DNA from: Hemiscyllium ocellatum
Taxonomy: Eukaryota
Direction of reading: 5' to 3'
DNA length: 64,000 bases
Assembly (NCBI RefSeq): GCF_020745735.1
Contig: NW_026867467.1
Coordinates: forward strand, 1,406,200 to 1,470,199
Shown here: positions 39,289-49,241 of the stretch, piece after piece
Position numbering within the stretch: the stretch's first letter is position 1
Layout of the letters: every line of letters begins with the position of its first letter
Translations under genes and position numbers: made by a program
Notes under the pieces: generated by a model
What the model was told of the DNA's origin: nothing
The model's database searches: none
What the model saw: only the letters and a program-made list of their open reading frames with translations

Positions 39289-40900
39289 CTGGAGTTCATG
39301 AGTGGATTACTTTAATTAATTCGAAATTTGGTTGGTCACATAATTCACTATAGCAGTTGTTTCCTGAAGAATGACTCTTCAGTTGATATTTTGTTGTAAA
39401 ATGTAACTATTTATTTAAAATGCACAGATTGGGAACACCTAAAGCACTGTGCAGGTTAAATAATTCAGTTAATGTTTTATTTTTATCCTGCAAATCCAGT
39501 TTAATCAGGGACATAACAATTAATTAACTCAAGTTATATGTGAAACTGATCAAAGCAGTGAAACTGATCTGTTCTTCATAGAATTGAGCAGAATTTCCAA
39601 ATGGTCTTTGCCAATGATCTTTTCCAGCCAGAAAAATATGTATGTAGTGTACAGCGGAATTGAAAGGTGTTTCTTGATCAATTATAGCACAGTCATGGTA
39701 TTTTTGCTCAAGAGCAAGAACAATTAGAACATTCGACTTTTGAAATTCTATTTATATTTCTCTATGACTTGTAAACTGTTTAAAGACAGACCTTGTGATT
39801 GAACTAGATAGTTGAGTTTCGAATTTGGATTGTAAAGCATGGATTAGATTAATCCTTAATTATTTATTTTAAGTAAAAATAGCACCTGAAGGTATCTGTT
39901 TTCCCTTCATTTCTAAAACCTGTGCGATTTGCCTTTCACTTTATCATAGACTTTATGAAATTTTAACTCGCATGCTGATTGCATTGAATGAGGAAAGAGC
40001 AGTTCACTGTCACCAACCGTGTTAACATTGCAAAAACAATGTAGAAACCAGAAACGGTTTCCCAAATATAACACATTTAATGTTACCCAAGCACAGTCCC
40101 TCCTCAACAGATCAACGATCACCAGATCACAACACGGTATGTTTGCAGCAGAACTAGCTCTGCAAACATTTTCGACAGAACCAAGGACATGATGTCACCT
40201 CACAAATAAAACCAAATTGAAGTCTAACAAAGCTGCTCAGAATCAAGCAAACTAATGATTAAATTGAATAGAAATAACAGGTCATAATAGCAACCTTGTT
40301 TTGAGGGGACTTAACACTTAAAGCTGTAACGTTTCTGGCAATAGTTCAATTTATTTCTAACCTGCACACCCTTCCTGATCATGACAATCTTGTGCAGCGC
40401 ACAGTAGAGTGGGGTTGAAGGCATATATTGATTAATCACCTCATGGTCAAAACAAAATTACTGAATGGACAAATATTACCACATTATAATTTTAAGTTAG
40501 TTTCAATTACGTGATCTGATCAATTCTGCAGTTTCAGATTTAGGTCCCAAATTTTATTTTGAATGAGGCTACTCAAAACAAAATTCAGTTCGTTTACAAT
40601 TAGAACGGAGTTTTTTTTAAAAGTCAATCCATTAAAAACTCGTTTTTTTTCATTTCTCACACATCTGGGTTTCTGCCTTAAGTTGTTTTTCAGACCGTTA
40701 CAAATGGATGTCCTGTTTTCAATCAAGCAGAGAAAAATATGTCATATAAGTTTAACAAATGCAGAAATGATTCATGAAAAACAAAAGAACTTCACAAATA
40801 TTGGTAATGAAAAGTATTCCAGAGAGTCAATCTCCTCACCAGAAAGAAAACTTCGATTCAGAAAGCATGAAAACGCAGATCAATTTCACAAACTGAATAA

Positions 40901-41185
40901 GAATCCAATCAACTCAATTCAACAGAATCAAGGAAAATAAAATCAGAATCCAATCAACTCAAAACAACAGATTTGAATGAAACATAATCAGAATCCAACC
41001 AATTCAATTCAACAGAATCAAATAAAACAATTTCAAAAGTCAATCAACACAATTCAACAAAACCAAGTAAAAACAAAGTCAGAATCCAATCAACACAGTT
41101 CAACCCGAATCAACTAAAACAAAGCCAAAATCCAATCAACTCAATTCAACAGTAAAACAAACTCCGAATCTAATCAACAGAATGC
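40901..41185. repeat. Degenerate ~45-bp tandem repeat in the J-Cmu1 intron (~7 units)
   Basis: GAATCCAATCAACTCAATTCAACAG-like units start at ~40901, 40946, 40991, 41036, 41082, 41128, 41166. Confidence 0.8.
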
Positions 41186-41696
41186 AATATAGCACCGCAA
41201 GAAACTTTGATGACAGTTTCTAACCTGCTTGTCATCAACAAAATTAACAAAATAAATGAGAAAATATAATCATGGTAAGAACATATATTCAAGAAATGAA
41301 TAATGATATTTTAGCATATTTTAGTCATGTTTGGTAATATCTTGAACATCTATGAATTCGTAGCATTTGTTGTTGATAATAAAACTCACAGTCAGGGTGT
41401 CACTGACATTAAACATTATTTATAGCTGACTGATTAAGAGACATTAGGTGTTTCAAGTAACCCAGCCACATAGAATGTCCATCTGATCAAAAAAAAGAGA
41501 TACACTGAGCAAATGACTCCATCATCACCATTTTAACTATTTGCTGAGCCTTAACTGAAGTCTATAATCAGTCTGAACAAAAATCAATCCGAACCAAACC
41601 AAACTCAGCACAGAATCTGAGTTTCATTTAATTCAGAAATTAGTCACATGAATAGAAAGTTTTTAAAAAGTCACTAAGAATGTTCAAAGTTCTTAC

Positions 41697-41755
41697 CTGA
41701 AGTCACTGTCACCATGGTCCCTTGGCCCCAGTAATCAAGATAGTACCAGCTATAT
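41697..41755 (-). CDS. IGHJ: D-like sequence fused to JH (YSWYYLDYWGQGTMVTVTS)
   Basis: WGQG motif, TMVTVTS end, phase-1 donor TCAG|GTAAG; ATATAGCTGGT lies between the heptamer and the J-like ACTATCTTGATTACTGG. Confidence 0.92.
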
Positions 41756-41783
41756 CACTGTGAGACACGTTGTGTCAAATACT
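41756..41783 (+). promoter_or_regulatory. Recombination signal sequence, 12-nt spacer, 5' of the D+JH segment
   Basis: Read away from the coding end: CACTGTG + AGACACGTTGTG (12 nt) + TCAAATACT (6/9 nonamer); no plausible nonamer at 22-23 nt spacing. Confidence 0.8.
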
Positions 41784-42086
41784 ATGACAGACTGTAAACT
41801 GTAAAATGCAAATAATTTCTTCACTTCCTAGAAAGCAGTGATTCAGACTCCTCTAAAAATGATTTGGTGCATTATTTCAGCTTTTACTATTCATTGTATT
41901 TTGAAAGCTTGGAATACTTTTCCAGGTTTGGTCTGCATTTAACTTGACAATCAACACGAAGAAGGTAGAAAACAATTATACATTTGTACAAACTAGCACG
42001 ACTGGATTGTGTTTAAATTGCATCTCACATTATTTCTCGCTCCTGCCACGGTAGAAATCACCAATTTGAGATAAATCCTTGTCAGT

Positions 42087-42124
42087 GGTTATTGTATGAG
42101 GATGTCGCTGTGCACAGCATTGTG
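42087..42124 (-). promoter_or_regulatory. Recombination signal sequence, 22-nt spacer, 3' of VH
   Basis: CACAATG + 22 nt + ACAATAACC (consensus CACAGTG / ACAAAAACC). Confidence 0.92.
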
Positions 42125-42430
42125 ACCCACTTGCACAGTAATAGATGGCGGTGTCTTCGATCTTCAGGTTAGTCATCTCCAACGCGAAAATGTTCTTTGA
42201 AGTGTCTTTGGACGCACTAAATCGACCCTTAATCGCTGGTGCATAGTTATTGCTGGATGAACTATAGTAGCTAACCAGCCACTCCAGACCCTGGCCGGGA
42301 ACCTGGCGGACCCAGCTCATGTAGCTGCTGCTGAGATCGAACCCGCTGGTTTTACAGGTCAGTTTCAGGCTGCCTGAGGGACGGCCAGTCTCTGCCTCTG
42401 GCTGGGTCAAAACAACCTCCGACTGGACAC
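42125..42430 (-). CDS. IGHV: Shark IgM VH exon ([49 protein letters not shown]...[11 protein letters not shown])
   Basis: Acceptor AAAG|GT at 42430; canonical V-domain Cys, WVRQ, GLEW and YYC motifs; open frame; followed directly by an RSS. Confidence 0.97.
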
Positions 42431-42535
42431 CTTTAAAAAAGACAAGAAATAAACCATGAGCATTACTTTTACATTCCTGAGGTAGACTAACATTGAGACA
42501 GCAACAAAGACAGACTTAAACAAAAAAACACTCAC

Positions 42536-42584
42536 ATGATAAGAAAGTCAGTAATAAACTGAGAAAAATTGTCGACACAATCAT
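42536..42584 (-). CDS. IGHV: IgM heavy chain leader exon (MIVSTIFLSLLLTFLS + 1 nt)
   Basis: ATG at 42584, hydrophobic signal peptide, phase-1 donor T|GTGAGT that joins in frame to the V exon ([10 protein letters not shown]). Confidence 0.93.
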
Positions 42585-42670
42585 TCTGATAACTTCTGGG
42601 AAGCGGTTCTGTCAAGATCTTTCTAAACAAAGCCGACCCAGGAGTGTTGAATTACGGTCCAGTGCCTAGG

Positions 42671-42677
42671 ATTTATA
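42671..42677 (-). promoter_or_regulatory. VH promoter TATA box; GGAA (Ets-type) cores just upstream (~42705-42728)
   Basis: TATAAAT about 87 nt upstream of the ATG; GGCGGAAG and CAGGAAAC on the sense strand; no ATGCAAAT octamer seen in the proximal promoter. Confidence 0.6.
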
Positions 42678-42949
42678 TGGCTATCGGAAAGGGCAGGCTC
42701 ACAGCTTCCGCCTGTTGGTTTCCTGCTGGAGACTGAGACTGGATCCTGGTCTCAGCTTGCACAGCCCCAACACATGGGCGCATGTCTTTACGAGGTTATG
42801 CTTAAACATGGATATATACACATCTTGGGATATTTATTTTGCTGAATAGCTTCTTTGGGAGTTTTTTTTTAAATGGTGGAAGTAAAATTGAGTACCTTCA
42901 GGTCTATTTCACATGATAGTTGCAAGTATTTTGTTTTAAAATAAATTCA

Positions 42950-43405
42950 TTCGGAAGTTAGCTCCCTTTATTTCTACATTCATTCACAAACAGATAAAAC
43001 TAAAATCGAAGTTCAAACGTATTACTAGCTAGGAAAACAATTGAGTTTTTTTTTCCAGGACACTGCCAGTCTCTGTCCCACTACAAAATAACATGTAATT
43101 CATACTAAACATTTCAAAATTCAATTTAGGCAACTGAATACAGAGCGTGTCCAAAGTGATTATATTCAGAATATTCAATTAGAAGTTAACTCCCTTTAAT
43201 TCTACATTCCACCACAAGCAGATAAAGCTAAAAAGAACTTCAATCATATTATTAACCAACAAAATGAGTGACTTTATTTTTGCTGTCACTCAACGTCTCT
43301 CTCACTTTACAAAATAACATCCCATGTCTAATCTGCGTTTCTAAATTCCATTTAGGCAACCTAATATGGAGCAGGACTAAAGTGATTATGTTCAGAATGT
43401 GAGTG
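42950..43405. repeat. Diverged tandem duplication (~229-bp period) upstream of the VH promoter
   Basis: AAGTTA.CTCCCTTTA..TCTACATTC at 42955 and 43184; TTTAGGCAAC and AAAGTGATTAT.TTCAGAAT also repeated. Confidence 0.8.
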
Positions 43406-44554
43406 GATATCACGAACCAGTTTGGACCCGGAGATTAGAAGCACCTCCTGACATTGCAGAATGTCTCTCCTTGCATCTTTTTTTTCAAATTTTTTAAAAT
43501 GCATAGTAAAGGAAAGCTGTGTGCCTGAGAAACAAAAAGTGAGTTGGCAGTGATACATAACACCTAGGTAAACTTTTGAAAGAGCATCTAATGAACTAGA
43601 ACAGGACAGTCCATACTTTTTTTAAAAAAATCCTCAACATCTAAACCATTGCAGGTAACTGTCTGGGTACATCAGGAGTGTTTGGTTAAATTAGAGAGTA
43701 TTACAATAATCATTACCACGAATGTAGGTTATAAACAGTACATTTCTCTGCTCACTGATAGCTCTGACAGGGGTAGTTAACTCGTAAAAATAAGCAGAAA
43801 TTCGCTGTTACACGACACCAGTGTTAACCATGTATAAAGGGCCCACTCAGTTTTAATGAGATAAATGAATCAGAGAATGGTGTACCAAGTGATGTGAGTT
43901 TGAACCAATTCAAGTTTGTTAATTTACTTTGAGATGATAACAAATGTTACTGCAATGTGGGATTTTGGATCCATTAACTTCATATTCAGGAGCTTTAAAG
44001 ATACTCAATAAACAGGCTGAACTAACCAGAATGTCACTGCATTCAATGTCCTGTTTCTGATAGTCATACAGTGAATGCTGTATTCAGTGACTTTCCTTTT
44101 TAAAGAAGAAATGCCAAGTGAAATGTATCCATTGTGATTAAATGGGAAAATATAGTTTGTTTGGTATGATTTTACTTTAGTTGATTCATTTTCCCTTTAA
44201 TCGGCCAGATACAATAGTTGGCAGCAATTAAGCTGACTGCAGAAAAGGTCCTTGAGTTTCCAGGTTCATTTACTGGAAGCAGGTGGAGTTTCTGCAGGGG
44301 ATCAAAGATATTTTGTCTCAGTGTTGACCAGTTGGTGGAAAGCAAACTGCAGACCATAACCACTGCCTCTGCAGAAACAAATCTACTCAGCAACAATACT
44401 GGAGAAAAGTTTATTTTTCAGTTTTGAAACTTGGAGAACTAGTCACTCCTCTCATTGAAGGAAATATTCGCAGAGTCTCAGACACAACCTAAACATCAAC
44501 AGTTCATTCGAGGATCACTACAGCACTGTTTAATATTGAGAAAAATTGATAAAT

Positions 44555-44860
44555 AGTCATAGAGTCATGGAGTGATACAGCATGGAAACAGACACTTCAG
44601 TCCAACCAGTCCATGCCAGTCATAATCCCAAACTAAACTAATCCCACCTGTGTGTACTTGGCCCATATCCTTCCAAACATTTGATATTCATTTACTTATC
44701 CAAATGTCTTCTATAGGTTGTAAGTATCCACCACCAGATCATCCCACACACAAACCATTCTCTGTGTAAAAAGTTGTCTCTGATATCATTTTAAAAATTT
44801 TTCTCCTCTCATTTTAAAACATGTTCCCTATTGTTGAAATCCCCCACCATAGGGAAAATA
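44555..44860 (-). mobile_element. CR1-type LINE 3' fragment
   Basis: Reverse complement of the 18035-18480 type end. Confidence 0.75.
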
Positions 44861-44863
44861 CAA

Positions 44864-47667
44864 CAATGTCTGGGTCAAAAATTGAAAACAATCCCAGCTC
44901 CAAACATTTACAAAATATTACTATGGATCTTCCTTGAGTCCAAAAAAGATTGTCCCCTTTGATCAATGATTTGTAAAATTTATTCGCGTATCTAATGTGA
45001 TGGACGTTTTCAAATAACTTCTGAAATGCAAGTGGTTCACATCAATCGTATTAAAGTGACATTTCGTGTGTGACCCCACACACATAAAAAACAAGTTTGT
45101 TGACATGAGTTGCTCTGAGGAAGTCTACGATGAATTCTTTTATCAAACAAAATCATTTCCAGTGTTGTGAGGGCTTGTCTATCTTCTGTGCAATGGTCTG
45201 AATTTTAAGTTGTGTCTGACTGCAGATGAAACTGGCTGCTCTGGGTAAAAGTACAGTTTGCGCCTTTCACATTGTTAATGTATATTGCTGACTTTAGTTG
45301 AATAAAGGGATGTTGCCCCAGGCATCGTCTGGCACCATTAATTAGACCATTAATTTCCACATCACTCGCCAGAGGATCAGGTGGAGTTTATTGATATGTG
45401 ATATTTTTGAAACGAAAGCTTCGCACATTTCCAGGATGAATCATGTAAATTAGAGCCATTCACCTTTCCACTCATGGCTTTATAAACTTATATGAGGTCA
45501 CCCCCCGAACTCTCACCCTCCAGTGAAACAAGTTCCAGTCTATCTGGATTTCCAACGGTAACTTTGTTCCCTCACATTCTGCTGTTAAAGATCCTCCTGC
45601 CACCCCAGGCCCACAGAGAGTGTCCCTTGATACTAGTTCAATGAAATGAAAGGAACTTGTCCCACCATATTGTTCAATTTTATTTGGCTTCAAACACCAT
45701 AAAAAATAAATGTTCATGTCATTGCTGATATATGGGAGAATTCCGTTTACACAGTATCTGCTGAAATACCTGCAGTACCATCCTGAATCTGGTTCGCAGG
45801 TTCACCTGTTGCTCACAAATGCAACCAGACATCAGGGAACAGTGTGTGGGATATAGGTAAAGTAGTGTTACTTCTGCAATTATAATTACTTATACAAAGT
45901 AAATGAACTCACACCAGTGTGTAATTGTTTCAGCCAAGAGCTGAGTCAACAAGAATGGAAACGATGTGGAGGAAATACATAATTGTTTTTGTATTCACTA
46001 AAATTGTATGCAAGAATGAAACGTGACTGCAAAACAATGGTAGATATTACAGACGAATAGATAAGATGCTGTGAGGGGAGGGAGTTAAGCTAGATACGCC
46101 TGTACAAACAATAGGTATAAACATCTGTTTCCCACTTTTACTGAAACACAGGAACAAACCCCAATTAAAAGGGTCATAAGGATCAGTATGGTAGGGGAAG
46201 GCACAGATGGAGGGAATAGATAATAGTGAAGAAAGGATATGCCTAACAATGGGCCACAGCGGGATGAGGTCAAACAGCCTTGTGAGGCCAGAAATAAGCA
46301 TTTTGTCACAGACAAGGCTGGATAAGGCAAGAGATAAACAGGAGTAATGGGTACCGGTCTTAGGGAAGTGGAAGATGTAAACAGGGGAGGAGCAATGAAA
46401 TAAAAAAATAGAAACCAAATTACATAAATATCGTGTATTAGTTGAATTCAGTGTGTGTGTCCCTGCCTTGTGGACATGGACATCACACCATCTTGCAAGA
46501 GTAAAGTAAAGGGCACCACTGATTCAGATTTTGTCTCGGACTGAAATTATTGAAGTGTGTGAGCTTTGTTTCTCACACCCACCCCACCACCCTTCCCTTC
46601 TGTACGTTTCACTTTGTGAAATCCGTGTTGTCAATAATCAGTTAAAAGAAAGATTTTTAAAAACTTTCTTAATTCATCTTGCTGATCTTGACTGAGTAAA
46701 GGTATGTTGCTGTCAGCGTTTCTGGGGAACATGTCTGCATTTTTTTCATGTCAGTTTACAATGATATTAAGTCAAGAATTGTCAAAACGTCCTGAGAAAC
46801 AACGTTTAGAAATGGGCGTTCTGCCCCTACTTTTTTCCCCATAAGCCAGGATTTACAGCATTGGAGATCATATCTATGTTGATAATGGATTAGACCCTAC
46901 ACAATGTTCCCGAATGTTTACTTCAAGTGCTATCACCTGCAGGGTTATGGACAACATGCTATAAAGTGGGTGTTGGCTGGAAGGTTCTGTTTTCACATGA
47001 TACAGGTGTGATGGGCGAAGTGATCTCTCTCTGTCGTGAAAACTTCATCTTTCCTCAATTCATCTTTCCTACTTTGTCTCGTTCAGAGGCTCTAATTCAC
47101 ATGAATCATACCGGAAATATTCCAAGCCTTCGGTTCAATGATATTAATAAACTCCACCTGACTCTCCAGCTAGCAATGTGGAAATTAATGGTCTAATTAA
47201 TGGTGCCAGACGATGCCTGGGACAACATCACTTTATTCAACTAAAGTCAGCAATATACATTAACAATGTGAAAGGCACAAACTGTACTTTTACCCAGAGC
47301 AGCCAGTTACATCTGCATTCAGATACAAAATTCAGACCATTGCACAGAAGATAGACGAGCCCTCACAACATTGGAAATGATTTTGTTTGATAAAACAGTC
47401 CATCCTAGACTTGCTTAGAACAACTCGTGATAACAAAATTGCTTGATTTTTTTTGTGTGGGGTAACACATGAAATGTTACTGTATTCCGACTGATGTGAA
47501 CCATTTGCACTTCAAGTTATTTGAAAACGTCCTTCAAAAAAAGATATGGGAACAAATTTTAGAAATCATTGATCAAAGGGATTTTTTTTGGACTCAAGGA
47601 AGATCCATAGTGATATTTTGTAAATGTTTGGAGCTGTGATTGCTTCAAATTTTTAACTAAGACATTG
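44864..47667. repeat. ~500-bp inverted repeat pair (44864-45362 and 47176-47667) around a ~1.8-kb spacer
   Basis: Collinear reverse-complement match along both arms, including an exact 42-nt match at the inner ends. Confidence 0.9.
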
Positions 47668-48204
47668 GCATACAGTGGACAACATCACAATTTGCTGTAA
47701 CATGAAACTCGCAACCACTGTGAACCATCGCCTGATGGTTCAGAATTTAACAAGGACCTAGCAAGGTTCGTGGAATGGACCGACGAGTGATACATGAAAA
47801 TTAACAAAGGCATTTCTGAAATGATTAATTTAGCTAGGAAGAATGTAGAGACTTCACATCTCTGTTTGCATTTCAATATACTATAAATTACTTTTCTATT
47901 ATATCCTAAAATACTCGAGTCTTTGTTCATATTTAATACACTCTATCTTGTTCCGGGGTTAAGATAGTTTCTTTATTTATTTCACTCAAGACTGGATGCT
48001 GTACTTTTGCCTCAGTATTGACCAAACTCGGTTTGGTGCCAGCTTATATCACTTGAGCTGCTTTTTCAGGAAGTGAATCTCTCCACCTGTTAAGTCAAAA
48101 TAATCTGTTCATGCTTAGATTGAAATAAATCCTATTAATATCATCCCAAATTCAGACTCGGTTATTTTGTATTTATTCATTGGAATTGAACAGGAATATG
48201 ACCG

Positions 48205-49241
48205 GCTGTTCTTGGTGGAGTGGGAGGGGGAGTTAAAGTGTTCAGCCACGGGGCCGTGGGGTTGGTTGGCACGGGTGTCCCAGAGATGTTCTCTGAAATG
48301 ATCCGCAAGTTAGTGTCCTGTCTCCCTGATGCAGAGGAGACCACATCAGGTGGAACAGACACAGTGGATGACATTTGTGGAAGTATAGATAAGTTTCTGT
48401 GGGATGTGGAAGGATCATTTGGGGCCTTGTCGGAGGTGAGGGGGAGGTGTGGGCGCAGGTTTTGCACTTCCTGTGGTGACAGGGGAAGGTGACAGGGGTG
48501 GGGAGTGGGCTGGTGGGGGGCATGGACCTGACGAGGGAGTCGTGGAGGGAATGGTGTCTCCGGAATGCAGATAGGTGTAGGGAGGGAAATATACCCCGAG
48601 TGATGGGGTCTGTTTACAGTGGTGGAAGCAGCAGAGGATGATATGATGTATGCAAGGTTGGTGCGGTGGAAGATGAGGACCAGGAGGGGTCCCTGTTGCG
48701 ATTGGAGGGATGGGGTTCAAGGGCATCATCGACCACGTGGGAGGGGAAATTGCATTCTTTGATAAAGGATCTGGGATGTTTTATGGTGGAACTGGTCCTC
48801 CTGGGAGCAGATGCGGTGGAGGCAGAGGAATTGAGAATAAAGGATGGCATTTTTACCTGAGGTCGGGTGGGAGGAGGTGTAGTCCAGGTAGCTGTGGGAG
48901 TCAGTGGGCTTGTAGTAAATGTTTAGTTGGTCACTGGAGATAGAGATGGAGAGGTCTAGGAAAGGGAGGGAGGTGTCCGAGATGGTCCCTGTAAAGTTTA
49001 GGTCAGGGTGGAAGGTTTTAGTAAAGTTGATGAACTGTTCAACCTCCTAGTGGTTGCATGAGGTGGCATTGATACAGTCATCAATGTAGCGGTGGTAAAG
49101 GTGGGCAATGATACCGGTGTAGCTGTGGAAGATTGACTGTTCCACATATCTGACGAAGAGGCAGGCATAGCTGGGGTCCATGGCTACCCCTTTGGTTTGG
49201 AGGAAGTGGGAGGATTGAAAGGAAATGTAGTTGAGGTTGAG
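48205..49241 (-). mobile_element. Decayed Penelope-like element (RT + GIY-YIG)
   Basis: QTKGVAM..SYACLF and YIDD RT motifs; downstream part similar to 16758-17000. Confidence 0.85.

Noticed and set aside
41387-41414. Cryptic 12-RSS (CACAGTC-12-ACATTAAAC) downstream of JH
   Set aside because: No J- or D-like coding sequence adjoins it; matches of this quality are common by chance.
41697-41830. D-mu-like ORF starting upstream of the DJ segment
   Set aside because: An in-frame TGA overlaps the heptamer end immediately before the first D codon.
41784-42086. A free D segment between V and J
   Set aside because: No further CACAGTG/CACTGTG heptamer with a properly spaced nonamer on either strand.
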